A DNA stretch of 42,230 nt. It comes from a virus (taxonomy: Duplodnaviria > Caudoviricetes). Position 1 is the stretch's first letter. Every line of letters starts with the position of its first letter. Positions 26,561 to 35,648 of this stretch are shown piece after piece. The position numbers and the translations under genes are program-made. The notes under the pieces are model-generated. The model was given only the letters and a program-made list of their open reading frames with translations. It did no database searches and had not been told where the DNA came from. Location of the stretch: the IMG/VR virus record IMGVR_UViG_3300012940_001448, positions 1 through 42,230 of that record; one strand, given 5' to 3'.

Positions 26561-28032
26561 CAAGCTATCTTCCAATTGTCGCCGTGGTCATCGTCAGGCT
26601 TCTCGAACCAGTCGAGCTTGGGCTTAGGCTTATTCTTGTCGTCCGGCTTGCGGCCCTTGATCATCTGATCCAACAGCTGACCTACAAGGCCGATCGCATC
26701 CACCTGGTCGTCATGCTTGCCAGCCGGGAAGCTCAGCAGCTCTGACCGAAATTCCGCGTACCAAGGAGCGTTGATCGGCACATACAGGCCGTCCAGTTCC
26801 ATCCGCCCTCTAATAGACGAAGCCCTGACCGCCTTATCGCCGCGCGTCGGAAACTGCTCACGCGCAACGAAAGCTTGCCGTTCTCTCATCCTTCGCTCAA
26901 GGAACGGGCCAACGCCCGACCTGATCTGGCCTGTCTCTTCGGCCCAGCCGATCGGCTTCCAGTATTTCACCAGGTCGCAGAATGACTCGATCCATGTTCC
27001 TGAGGCGGCCTGCTTGCGCCAGAGATCCAACAGGTACATCCGCCCTTCCGGATCGATGCCGACAACGGCATGGACCGTGTAATCGCCTCCGTCAGCAGTC
27101 ACGGCATAGTCGGAGCCGCCATAGACACGTAGCGTTTCACGCGCTGGCGCCTTCTCGTAGGGCCTCAGCCAGTCTTCCTTGAAATAATCGCCAGTGTCGG
27201 GCGTAGGCTGTTGCTGGTAGAGGGCCGACCAATCTCGCGCCGGCAGCGCTCGCCTAATCCGGTCCAGTTCCTCAATCGAATACTGCTCTGGCCACAAAGC
27301 CTCGCCAGCGTCGTTGATCGCCGGCAGGTCCAGCGTCACCCAGCCTTCGTGCTTGTGCTCAGCCAGCAACCAGCCGGACAGATCGTCCTCGTGCCAGCGC
27401 GTCTGAATGATCACCACACGCCCGCCAGGCATCAGGCGGGTGTAGGCCGTCGATGTGTACCAGTCCTTTGTCTTCTTCCGAACGATCTCGGAATCTGCGT
27501 CTTCCCGGTTCTTCACCGGATCATCGATCAGCAACAGATGGGCGCCGCGGCCTGTCAGAGGACCACCAACGCCAACCGCGTAATAGGCACCGCGCTGGTT
27601 CAGCCCGTGCTCGTAACCGCCTTCAAGCCCGTCAATGTGAAACCGCTTCGCGCTCTTGCTGTCGTCAGCCAGCTTTACGCCCGGAAAGATCGCCTCGAAC
27701 GCGCTATCCGCTATCTGGTTCTTGACCTTCCGCCCGAAGTCATCGGCTAGCTCTTGGGCGTATGTGGCCATCGCCACGTAATGGTTTGGGTTCCTGCCTA
27801 GATACCAAGCCGGAAAGAACTCACTAGCCAGCATCGACTTCCCATGCCGCGGAGGCATGGTGATCATCAGTCGCTTGATCTCTCCCCGCTCTACCGCCTC
27901 AAGATGACGGGCGATGAGCCTGTGATGCGCTGCATCGCGATAGCCAGGCCACTGATAGGCCGAATACGCAATCAGCCGCGAGAAGGCATAATCCTCAGGT
28001 GTCGGCGCGCGTTGCAGCTGCGACTGCCGCAT
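26560..28032 (-). CDS. terL: Terminase large subunit
   Basis: MPPRHGKS Walker A, LLIDDP Walker B, QTRWHEDDL, HDDQVDA. Confidence 0.95.
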   Translation of the reverse strand: MRQSQLQRAPTPEDYAFSRLIAYSAYQWPGYRDAAHHRLIARHLEAVERGEIKRLMITMPPRHGKSMLASEFFPAWYLGRNPNHYVAMATYAQELADDFGRKVKNQIADSAFEAIFPGVKLADDSKSAKRFHIDGLEGGYEHGLNQRGAYYAVGVGGPLTGRGAHLLLIDDPVKNREDADSEIVRKKTKDWYTSTAYTRLMPGGRVVIIQTRWHEDDLSGWLLAEHKHEGWVTLDLPAINDAGEALWPEQYSIEELDRIRRALPARDWSALYQQQPTPDTGDYFKEDWLRPYEKAPARETLRVYGGSDYAVTADGGDYTVHAVVGIDPEGRMYLLDLWRKQAASGTWIESFCDLVKYWKPIGWAEETGQIRSGVGPFLERRMRERQAFVAREQFPTRGDKAVRASSIRGRMELDGLYVPINAPWYAEFRSELLSFPAGKHDDQVDAIGLVGQLLDQMIKGRKPDDKNKPKPKLDWFEKPDDDHGDNWKIA

Positions 28033-28378
28033 CCCGCTGCTCCTTCGGAGTGGTGTCGATCGAGCCCGAGTGTGTGAGTTCCTGCTTGTCGCGCCACTCA
28101 TCGCCAGCGCGGTTCTTCAGGGCAAAGATCGCGCCTGTGATCTGAGGCCCTGCTAATTCAGTCGAACGAAGTCGATCTTCCCACCAGCGTGCGCCTTTTG
28201 CCCGGCCGATTTTTATACTGTCGGAAAATTCCGGGTGGACGTCGCACCATTCGTAGATCGTGTCACGTGAAACGCCGATCTCGCCGGCGAAAGCCATGAC
28301 GGAATAGCCCTGCGCAAGAAACTCAATCGCCTCGTTGCAATAGGCCTCGTTGTATTTTGAAGGGCGGCCCGTGGCCAT
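27995..28378 (-). CDS. terS: Terminase small subunit
   Basis: GRPSKY..GVSRDTIYEW..HPEF..IFALKNR; upstream of terL. Confidence 0.88.
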   Translation of the reverse strand: MATGRPSKYNEAYCNEAIEFLAQGYSVMAFAGEIGVSRDTIYEWCDVHPEFSDSIKIGRAKGARWWEDRLRSTELAGPQITGAIFALKNRAGDEWRDKQELTHSGSIDTTPKEQRDAAVAAATRADT

Positions 28379-28403
28379 ACGCACTCTCCCGTCTATGCGG
28401 GGC

Positions 28404-28431
28404 AAAGAAAAGCCCGCCATTTGCGGCGGGC
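28404..28431 (-). terminator. Terminator in the late-operon leader (tR'-like)
   Basis: GCCCGCC/GGCGGGC stem plus TTTTCTTT, ahead of terS. Confidence 0.7.
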
Positions 28432-28513
28432 AGTTGCTTGGAGGAAGTGAACTGGGAGGATGTCGCTGCAGTTCGGCAACATACGAATACATGGGGTGTT
28501 CAGTCGCGACTCG

Positions 28514-29047
28514 TCAATCCACTTTGACTCGCGACCTATCTGCAAATTTCCACAGGATGGCTAACTCTTCCAAGCAATCGAAGAAGCGACGGCGGACATA
28601 CAGTACATCGCGCTCGGACAAGCTCGGCGCGATCTCCTTGAATTTGCGTCGATCGACGAGAATCTGACGAACCAGCGCATCGCCCCTCAGCCCCAGCACC
28701 CTTGCTGCTTGGCTCAACTGCCTGACAGCCATCGTCTGCCGATCGCTAATCGGCTCAACGATGATCCCGCCGCCATCCACCGGCTCCTTCGTCGGATCTG
28801 CTGCCTTCACGGTTCCGATCTGCGACTCTTCTACAAACCTCTCATACATGCGGCCGGCCTCAAATTTGGCATCGTCAATATCCTTCCGAGCATAGAGATG
28901 GGCCAAGACGTCATCACGAAGCGAGCGCGTGACCTTGATCTTCTCTCCGTTAGAGCTGTACGGGTCATCGACGATGGCAACAGCCACACGTGAATTAATC
29001 GGAACGCTACTCGCCCGGCGGTCGTGAATCTTTGCTTTCGCGTTCAT
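28514..29047 (-). CDS. Putative late-gene regulator (Q-position protein)
   Basis: Last early gene before the late leader terminator; C-terminal helical domain; function inferred from position. Confidence 0.6.
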   Translation of the reverse strand: MNAKAKIHDRRASSVPINSRVAVAIVDDPYSSNGEKIKVTRSLRDDVLAHLYARKDIDDAKFEAGRMYERFVEESQIGTVKAADPTKEPVDGGGIIVEPISDRQTMAVRQLSQAARVLGLRGDALVRQILVDRRKFKEIAPSLSERDVLYVRRRFFDCLEELAILWKFADRSRVKVD

Positions 29048-29086
29048 CAAACGGATTCCGTTTCTGTTTTGTTTCACGTGCGACAG

Positions 29087-29683
29087 TTACTTCAAAAATC
29101 TGTCGCCGTGGCTCTTTGGCAAGTCCGGCAATGCATCGAATTGCTCTCGCGAAATGCCGTTCTCCGCCAGATACGCATCAATCGCCACAACAGGGCCACG
29201 AGGCCTCTCGCCACCAATCATGAGCCCTCTCTTACGGCAATCGGCAACAATCTCCTCGTAGGTCTTCCGAGGCCGGCCATCCGTCAGCGCCAGCATCTCG
29301 CGCTCCTCAAGCTGCTTCCGGGCCCGCGCATCCCGCTCAAGGGCGCGCTGCATCGGCGCATGGTGCTCCTCGCAAGCCGCTTTGACATCCGCGACATCCG
29401 GCAGGCCTGTCCACTCGTTGCCCGTTCTCGGATCACGCTTCTTGCGCGCCGGCAGACCAGAACGAGGATCGGTCACATACCGGATCGTCTCCTCAGGATA
29501 ATCCGCCAGCACCGCAGCAACCGCCATGACATAGGTTTTTGGGTCATTGGCATCACCCTTGCGGTAACAGCCGAAGAGTAGGCGGGCCCTCTCCGCTGCG
29601 TATTCCGCTCGGTCGTTCGTTGAGCCTTCGGATTGAGTTGACGAGGTCGTCGGCGGCACCAATGACAGATTCAGGTTTTGCAT
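29087..29683 (-). CDS. Replication-associated protein (P-position)
   Basis: Follows the initiator; ANDPKTY..LADYP pattern. Confidence 0.65.
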   Translation of the reverse strand: MQNLNLSLVPPTTSSTQSEGSTNDRAEYAAERARLLFGCYRKGDANDPKTYVMAVAAVLADYPEETIRYVTDPRSGLPARKKRDPRTGNEWTGLPDVADVKAACEEHHAPMQRALERDARARKQLEEREMLALTDGRPRKTYEEIVADCRKRGLMIGGERPRGPVVAIDAYLAENGISREQFDALPDLPKSHGDRFLK

Positions 29684-30392
29684 TTGCTTTTCTCGGCTTT
29701 AGAGCGGCAGTGATCCAGGCGACAGGGTTGGCCACCGCGTATTCGCGTGCCCGCATGATCGCGGCCAGAACGCCTTCGCAATCATCGCCGGTGTCTCGGC
29801 GCCAGCTTCCAATGAGCTTTCGGGATTGAGCTTCGCCGACACCAAGCGCCATCAGGTCGGTCACACCTAGCCGCCAGAGTTTGGCTTCCGGCGTCTCAGG
29901 TTTCATCGCAGGCGGACGGGGCGCATCAGCGCCAGAAGCGTTAGCTTCTGAACTATTACCTGTATTACCTGCATTTGTTATTGTGCCCCTGCTGTGCCCT
30001 TCCTGTGCCCCTGCTGTGCCCTTGTCTGTGCCAGAAGGCGTGCCCTTTGGCAGACTTATCTTTTGATATTCGTCGTAGTTGCAGATAGTTATTACAGTTA
30101 TGCCTGTGTCCGTAGCTGTGGCAATTGATGTGTCCTTTTCCAGACCAGCCAAGAACGACCTAATTCGCTTTACGGTCCACTGCCATTCGTTGGCGAGATG
30201 CCGCAAGGAATGCGCGATTTGTCCGCGCTGAAGATCAATCCAAATTCCAGCAACACGCACACGCCTCGGCTTCCATGCGGCCTCGCTGAGGAGCCACAGC
30301 CACGCCTCACGTTTGGAGAACGGATCATCCGACGCTAGTAGCGGATGGTCCCAAATCCCCCGATCAACAGCGAAGACACCGCGCTCTGTCAT
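29553..30392 (-). CDS. Phage replication initiator
   Basis: EAWLWLL..A..LQRGQ..SLRHLA..W..ITICNYDEYQ, then a repetitive GT-rich linker. Confidence 0.82.
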   Translation of the reverse strand: MTERGVFAVDRGIWDHPLLASDDPFSKREAWLWLLSEAAWKPRRVRVAGIWIDLQRGQIAHSLRHLANEWQWTVKRIRSFLAGLEKDTSIATATDTGITVITICNYDEYQKISLPKGTPSGTDKGTAGAQEGHSRGTITNAGNTGNSSEANASGADAPRPPAMKPETPEAKLWRLGVTDLMALGVGEAQSRKLIGSWRRDTGDDCEGVLAAIMRAREYAVANPVAWITAALKPRKANAKPESVIGAADDLVNSIRRLNERPSGIRSGEGPPTLRLLPQG

Positions 30393-30739
30393 TTGGCCTC
30401 ATTCTCCAGAGCCTTTCGCAAACGATCAAAATCACTTTGAAGCGCCGGATCGGTCTTCAGGCGCACGCACATCCTATCCCGGCCCCATAAGACAGTGGTG
30501 CGATCACGTCCAAAGACGGCGCTAATCGTGCCGATGGACTTGTGTTTAAGAAGCTCGCAGGCGAGAAACATCGCCATGTGACGGGGGGTTACGAGGTCTG
30601 CCGTCCTCCGCTTGGAGAGTAGGTCTTTTTTCTCCAGCTGATAGAATTCACACACCTTCCTGATGATGGAGGCAACTGAATCCGCCGGCCGGGCCCCAGA
30701 CACAAACGGGTTCGTTCCGTAAATGCCCTGGATGTTCAT
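30389..30739 (-). CDS. DnaA C-terminal (domain IV)-like HTH protein
   Basis: DLLSKRRT..PRHMAMFLA..IS..FGRDRTTVL. Confidence 0.85.
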   Translation of the reverse strand: MNIQGIYGTNPFVSGARPADSVASIIRKVCEFYQLEKKDLLSKRRTADLVTPRHMAMFLACELLKHKSIGTISAVFGRDRTTVLWGRDRMCVRLKTDPALQSDFDRLRKALENEAK

Positions 30740-31263
30740 GCCGCGACCTCATCACAGCTCTCTTCCACAGCTTCAGCCTTGAACTGGCGCTGCTCTCGGC
30801 GCTTTGCTTCGTAAAACGCTTGCCGGCGAGACTTGCCCCGCTTCTCGTAAGCGACCTCAGCATGTGACGGGCAGTACGGACACCCGGCCTGAACGGGATG
30901 ACCGCAGAAGACGATCAGCTCGCTATAGCCGCCATACGGCCAGCGACAGGTCGTGCGTCTCAGTTCAAGAACGCTGATGCCGAGAGGGACAACACTGTCA
31001 GCCGGCGGCACAACAGCCTTCAGATCCGCAAATGCGGTTCCGAGAAGGCGTATTTTGCGCTTGTAGCCATGAGGCGACGGCACACGACGGCGCTTCGGCG
31101 ATTTCTCTACTTTGACCTTGGTCGGGCGCGACCATCCCAAGCGGTGTATTTTACCAAGGACGGCATTGCGAGTGACGCCGCCAAGCTCCGCAGCCATTTG
31201 GCTCGCTGACAGTCCCTCCTCAAACAAGGCCTTTAGGGTCGCCAACCTGTCGTCCGTCCACAT
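30736..31263 (-). CDS. gcrA: GcrA-family regulator (phage-encoded)
   Basis: MWTDDR..GLSASQMA..GGVTRNAVLGKIHRL and CRWPYG..FCG..PYC..H. Confidence 0.92.
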   Translation of the reverse strand: MWTDDRLATLKALFEEGLSASQMAAELGGVTRNAVLGKIHRLGWSRPTKVKVEKSPKRRRVPSPHGYKRKIRLLGTAFADLKAVVPPADSVVPLGISVLELRRTTCRWPYGGYSELIVFCGHPVQAGCPYCPSHAEVAYEKRGKSRRQAFYEAKRREQRQFKAEAVEESCDEVAA

Positions 31264-31623
31264 CTAAGCTGCCTCATCTTGGGATACAGGAATGATGGTG
31301 ACGCGAACGCCTTCCTTGACCTCGCTGCAGACCTTCACATCGATCTTGCGGACGGTCTTGGGGGTGTCGCCTTCAATGACTTGGTACGAGACCAAAAGAT
31401 CGTTCAGCGCCTTCAGGTAGTTGTCAGGATCGCCCTTCGCCTTGCTGCTGATCGCGTAGCTGATGACAACCGGGCCTATTAAGCGTTCGGGACGCTGCGC
31501 CATCAGTTGCCACCCAGCAGATGTCCGCCAAGCGTTGTAGCGAGGCGTGCGGGCGCGACCGCGCTTTATGTTCTTGTAAAGACCGTTGACGGTCGGCGGC
31601 AGGCTAAGTTCGAGCGAGATCAT
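31264..31623 (-). CDS. rusA: RusA-family Holliday junction resolvase
   Basis: PPTVN..DPDNYLKALNDLL..IEGD. Confidence 0.85.
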   Translation of the reverse strand: MISLELSLPPTVNGLYKNIKRGRARTPRYNAWRTSAGWQLMAQRPERLIGPVVISYAISSKAKGDPDNYLKALNDLLVSYQVIEGDTPKTVRKIDVKVCSEVKEGVRVTIIPVSQDEAA

Positions 31624-31823
31624 CGTTCCCACCCAAGCCATTGCCGAAGCGCCAGGTTGATTTGTTCTGCCGGCGACATACCGTTGCCGTCGGCAGCCTC
31701 CTTCATCGCCTCAAACACGTTGTGCTCGATCGGCATGGCATGCGGGGTTTGCTTCACGTAGCCAGACAGGCTGGCGTACCCAGCTTCCACCGCCGCCCGG
31801 TGCGATTCCCCATCCACCATCAC
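31620..31823 (-). CDS. Small hypothetical (ribbon-helix-helix-like) protein
   Basis: Coupled 67-aa ORF. Confidence 0.55.
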   Translation of the reverse strand: MMVDGESHRAAVEAGYASLSGYVKQTPHAMPIEHNVFEAMKEAADGNGMSPAEQINLALRQWLGWER

Positions 31824-32038
31824 GCACCTTCCGGCTGAGTGATCGAGTCATGGCCAAGGCAGATAAACCAGAAGGCTGCCTTCTCCTCGCCTTCGTTGGC
31901 CCGCATGTAGTCGCGCGCGTTCGTGGCGTAGCCGCCGGCATAGGCGCACGCGACCTCAACGCCATACGCGGCTTCGATCACAGCGAGATGAGACTTGGCA
32001 AACGCTGCGCCAGCCTGAAGTGCTTGCTCTGGGGTCAT
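31820..32038 (-). CDS. Hypothetical protein
   Basis: GGAG RBS, 72 aa. Confidence 0.65.
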   Translation of the reverse strand: MTPEQALQAGAAFAKSHLAVIEAAYGVEVACAYAGGYATNARDYMRANEGEEKAAFWFICLGHDSITQPEGA

Positions 32039-32067
32039 GCTAATCTCCCTTGCTCGCCTCTTCTCGC

Positions 32068-32472
32068 CTATTTTGATAATGGCGCGTCCTCTGTAGCCAT
32101 CGTTGCGCCCGCAATCCGATGTTCGTCATTATTGCTTTCAGTAGCCGCATTGAGGATTTCCCGACGAAGGTGTTCGTTATTATCTTCGACGCGGGCACAT
32201 AGATTTTCGTATGCGTTTCGAAGCGCGAGGATTCTCTCTCCCACGGCCCAATTGAGCCGAGACCCCTCGTAGCCCCGAACAAAGCGGCGAACCCACATGG
32301 TGGATGTGCCGACCTTGCTCCCAACTGCTTTGTAGGCAAGCATTCGCGATTGCAGGCGATACTCTTCCTGCGCGACCAGATATTGGGCGGCCTCCCTAAC
32401 GTCTTTCGTTGCTACAGCAGTCATTGTGCATTCCCGAACAATCTTTGTTCCCACTTGAACAATCCCTTCCAT
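32068..32472 (-). CDS. Putative DNA-binding regulator (CII position)
   Basis: AYKAVGSKVGTSTMWVRRF HTH-like segment; start uncertain. Confidence 0.55.
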   Translation of the reverse strand: MEGIVQVGTKIVRECTMTAVATKDVREAAQYLVAQEEYRLQSRMLAYKAVGSKVGTSTMWVRRFVRGYEGSRLNWAVGERILALRNAYENLCARVEDNNEHLRREILNAATESNNDEHRIAGATMATEDAPLSK

Positions 32473-32578
32473 CACTCTGCGAGACATGAAGGGACACACA
32501 CTCACTCTACTTCCAGAGACTCTTGAAACCGCGCTGATCCGTCGTGCCACCGGCAGAACAGCGAAAATCATTCAGCTT

Positions 32579-32656
32579 TCAGCGCAAAACCATCCACGCG
32601 ACGGAGGCGAAAAACGCGAACATTCCAACAAAGGCGAAAGCCTCGGGCCAGCTCAT
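32579..32656 (-). CDS. 25-aa TM micropeptide
   Basis: GAGG RBS; MSWPEAFAFVGMFAFFASVAWMVLR. Confidence 0.5.
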   Translation of the reverse strand: MSWPEAFAFVGMFAFFASVAWMVLR

Positions 32657-32676
32657 GTCGTGCGCCTCGCGATATG

Positions 32677-32785
32677 AGAAAGGGCGGCCGGAGCGTGCGT
32701 ATCTGCTCCGGCCGCAAGTGTGTGCTGCGAGGGGATTCGCGGGAGGAGTACGCAGCACTTCGCGTGGATCGAACGGTCACGCGAA
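32677..32785 (-). promoter_or_regulatory. Three-hairpin cluster ending in a terminator-like stem
   Basis: Stems 32759-32785, 32722-32758 (loop contains CUCCUCCC) and 32684-32715 (11 bp, then CCTTTCT). Confidence 0.6.
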
Positions 32786-32810
32786 ACTGAAAGGATGATG
32801 CGAGGATGAT

Positions 32811-33083
32811 TCATGAACAGAAATCCGTTTTCCGTTCATGTTCGGACAGCAGATCAGCGTATGACGATGCGAAGTCCGCTTGCTCTACGATCTTCTCAAC
32901 GCGCTTCTTGTCGTCTCTCGCGTCGGCAGCTTGCGCGTCCACGAGCTTTTTCAGCTGCGTCCAATCAATGCCGTCTGCGCGGCACTTCTCGCTAAAGGAC
33001 CGGCAGAACTCTTTATGATCGAGCTTCTCTTCGGCAATGCGCCGGTACTCTTTGGCAATTCTGATGAGGTTTGCTGTATTCAT
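32811..33083 (-). CDS. GapR/DUF2312-like small DNA-binding protein (divergent)
   Basis: RRIAEEK..CRADGIDWTQLKKLV resembles the DUF2312 pattern ERLEEEK..AKGNGFD.K.LR. Confidence 0.5.
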   Translation of the reverse strand: MNTANLIRIAKEYRRIAEEKLDHKEFCRSFSEKCRADGIDWTQLKKLVDAQAADARDDKKRVEKIVEQADFASSYADLLSEHERKTDFCS

Positions 33084-33700
33084 GCTGCGCGCTCGTCTTC
33101 GCGAGCGGGCGCAACGACCTTCGGTTTGTAAAATGGTACAAAGACCGACAACCGCTTTGGATCGGCCAAGTACCACTCAAGGACCGCAATCTCTGCTTTG
33201 GAAGGTTTTACTGCATTATTCTTGCGGTACTGACCCCGCCACTTGCTCATAATTCGATGAACATGATCCGGCGCCGTAAAGTAGCCTTCCGCAGTTCTCA
33301 TGCGACGAGTCGCCCACTCGATCCGACGCGAATAGGACATCCTCAATTTTTGCTCAGGTGTGCGCTTCCGGGACAGCGGCGACTTCACATCGTCCGAGGG
33401 GCAAAGGTTTTTCTCTGCCCAATCGAGATTACCGTCAGCCAGGATGCGGGTGATAGCTTCGCGAAGATTTGGCGTGGAGTGAAACCACTCGCGATGGGAA
33501 TGATTGCCCGCAAAACACCGATGCAGAAAGTTTTCATCCGAAAAGTCGCCCGGGACATACCCAACGATTTCGAGCGGCCATGGCGACCACACCGCCAAAG
33601 TCAGCAGGCGCTCAGCAGGCGCGTCCGAGCAGCCAATTTTGATTGGGCCGTCGAGACCGATTGGCTTTGCGAAGTAAACGTAGCGCGGCTTCTGCATCAT
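33080..33700 (-). CDS. GIY-YIG/T5orf172-like nuclease domain protein
   Basis: YVYF..PIKIGCS..ERLL..E..LHRCF..REWF. Confidence 0.82.
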   Translation of the reverse strand: MMQKPRYVYFAKPIGLDGPIKIGCSDAPAERLLTLAVWSPWPLEIVGYVPGDFSDENFLHRCFAGNHSHREWFHSTPNLREAITRILADGNLDWAEKNLCPSDDVKSPLSRKRTPEQKLRMSYSRRIEWATRRMRTAEGYFTAPDHVHRIMSKWRGQYRKNNAVKPSKAEIAVLEWYLADPKRLSVFVPFYKPKVVAPAREDERAA

Positions 33701-33918
33701 GCTGCACTCGCCTGCGCTGACCGAGCTGCAATATTCGCAGCCATCATTTCGTCGGCAGTGGCGCCCGCCAGCGGAAGCACAATCGGCCAGTGTCGATCAG
33801 GAATGCCGATCTTGGGCCACTTATAGACGGCCTCAGTCGTGATCTTGCCTTTGGAGGCCTCCGCGATCGCGGAAGCGCCGCCAGCTTTTTCGATGATCTG
33901 TTGAACGGTTCGAGCCAT
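33697..33918 (-). CDS. cro: Cro-like repressor
   Basis: IIEKAGGASAIA..AVYKW..GIP..HW; divergent from cI. Confidence 0.8.
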   Translation of the reverse strand: MARTVQQIIEKAGGASAIAEASKGKITTEAVYKWPKIGIPDRHWPIVLPLAGATADEMMAANIAARSAQASAA

Positions 33919-33921
33919 GAT

Positions 33922-33987
33922 CTGGAATAATATGGAATTTAATTCCAGATGCAAGCGTCTCGAATTCCATTCCGAAAAAAATTCCAG
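33922..33987. promoter_or_regulatory. OR operator/promoter region
   Basis: ATGGAATTTAATTCCAG (33932-33948) and TCCGAAAAAAATTCCAG (33971-33987) match the OL palindrome; TTGCAT/TATTAT-like elements on the minus strand. Confidence 0.75.
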
Positions 33988-34003
33988 TGATTATGGTGGC
34001 GGG

Positions 34004-34750
34004 GTGAAGAACCCCAAGCCCAAAAAGCCCGAGCCCCCTATTTGGTCCGTCGCCTTTCGCGATCGGCTGGCCGAGTTGAATTGGTCGGTCCCGCGGCTGG
34101 CAAAGGAAATGGGCCACGAAAACGACGGGGCTTTTATCGATCGCCTCTACAAGGTCATACAGGGGCGCGTAGAGCAGCCCCGGGGAGGCTTGCTCCTTGA
34201 CATCGGAGAAGCGCTAAAGATCGAGGAATTTGGGCATCAATACAGCTACAACAGACTGGGCCGCGTCGTGCGGGACCGCAATAAGGTCTCTCCGTACCGT
34301 CAGCCGCAGGAACCTCAGGAATTGAGTTCAGAGGATGTCGCTGCCACCCTCCCCGAACCAGACCGCCCCCGTACCGTCAAGTTGAAGGGATATGTTGGCG
34401 CCGGATCGGAGGCGCACTTTTACCGAATAGCCGATGAGGATTTCGAGGAAGTGCCAGCTCCCCCAAATGCCACCGACAAGACCGTTGCAGTGGAAATTCG
34501 GGGCAAGTCCTGGGGCCCGCTGATGGACACTTTCCGTGTTTACTACGACGATATCCACTCGCCGATCGATCCCAGCATGTTTGGCCGGCCCTGCATCGTC
34601 GGCCTGGCGGATGACCGGATCTTGCTGAAGGTGCCCTTCCAGCAAAAAAATGGCCTCTACCGGCTGGTTTCCAACTCGGACGAGCCTCCTATCGAGGACG
34701 CCATTATCGAGTGGGCAGCTCTCGTGAAAAGCTTTATGCCAAAGACCTAG
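34004..34750 (+). CDS. cI: CI-like repressor (HTH + S24 peptidase)
   Basis: N-terminal HTH, GYVGAG cleavage site, IRGKSW Ser and LLK Lys; GTG start inferred. Confidence 0.85.
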   Translation: MKNPKPKKPEPPIWSVAFRDRLAELNWSVPRLAKEMGHENDGAFIDRLYKVIQGRVEQPRGGLLLDIGEALKIEEFGHQYSYNRLGRVVRDRNKVSPYRQPQEPQELSSEDVAATLPEPDRPRTVKLKGYVGAGSEAHFYRIADEDFEEVPAPPNATDKTVAVEIRGKSWGPLMDTFRVYYDDIHSPIDPSMFGRPCIVGLADDRILLKVPFQQKNGLYRLVSNSDEPPIEDAIIEWAALVKSFMPKT

Positions 34751-34760
34751 GGAGAGTGCT

Positions 34761-35195
34761 GTGGGGGCTAAAAAGGCTTTGATTTGTGCGTTTTTTGCCG
34801 CCTTGTCTCCGCCAGCGGCGGCTCAGACCGCAACAGCAGGAAATACTATAGACTGCACCTTCTCCCCTAAGCACTCGATCCAAGTCAAAAGCGGGCAAGT
34901 CACGGAGACAAAAGATACCTCACGGGATCTGGTCATAACCTTCACCTCGTTTAATCCGGAGAAAAGCACCGCCAGTTTGGTTGGGAACGCTGGATCGGCA
35001 GACCTCTTTTTCACAGTCGATGGCGGCTACCTATTCTTGGCTCAGATGTGGGGCAGCGCCATCAAGACCTTCACCAGCATGCCGCTGCCGACAGAAGGAT
35101 CCTCGGTGCCGGCGGTCCATTCCCGTCACGTTTGGTTTCCTGGCGCTTCTGCCGGAATCATTTCCCAGTGGAGCGGCCCATGCAGGCTCCGCTGA
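34761..35195 (+). CDS. Exported protein with signal peptide (lysogen-expressed cargo)
   Basis: GGAG RBS, KKALICAFFAALSPPAAA signal, two Cys in the mature part. Confidence 0.75.
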   Translation: MGAKKALICAFFAALSPPAAAQTATAGNTIDCTFSPKHSIQVKSGQVTETKDTSRDLVITFTSFNPEKSTASLVGNAGSADLFFTVDGGYLFLAQMWGSAIKTFTSMPLPTEGSSVPAVHSRHVWFPGASAGIISQWSGPCRLR

Positions 35196-35352
35196 CTGGG
35201 GCGGGAAGGTGAAGAGCTTTATGCCGAAGGCGTGAAACAGTTCGTGAAACTTTCGTAATCGAACTTTAAGACCCTCAAAGCGTACATATGTTGACACGTC
35301 GCCAACAGGCGTGGGATCAGTAAGGCGTAAACCCGACAGGGGTTTCAGAATC

Positions 35353-35643
35353 ATGCAGAACCGAACCTTTAAAATCACAGTTTGCTTCGAGCCCAGACCT
35401 GATGGCGGGCTTCGCGCTTATAGCGACGATATCCCCGGCCTGATCCTGTCCAGCATGGACATAGATGGCGTCCTTGAGGATGTGACCGAGGCGCTTAGGG
35501 TTATTCTGTCGCACCGCTTCGCCGCCGACGTGGATGTTGAGCCGCTCGCGGATATCAGAGAAGCCCTTGAGTCCAACGGAATCGTTGCTCCTGCCGCGCC
35601 GGTTCACGGCAGACGGGAATACGTTGCTTTCCGGCATCAATAG
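35353..35643 (+). CDS. HicB-like antitoxin
   Basis: FEPRPDGGLRAYSDDIPGL..DIDGVLEDVTEAL partial RNase H fold. Confidence 0.65.
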   Translation: MQNRTFKITVCFEPRPDGGLRAYSDDIPGLILSSMDIDGVLEDVTEALRVILSHRFAADVDVEPLADIREALESNGIVAPAAPVHGRREYVAFRHQ

Positions 35644-35648
35644 CAACA

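Noticed and set aside
29982-30047. TGTGCCC repeats
   Set aside because: Probably ordinary replication-origin iterons or a repetitive linker inside the initiator gene, as in lambda O; expected rather than novel.
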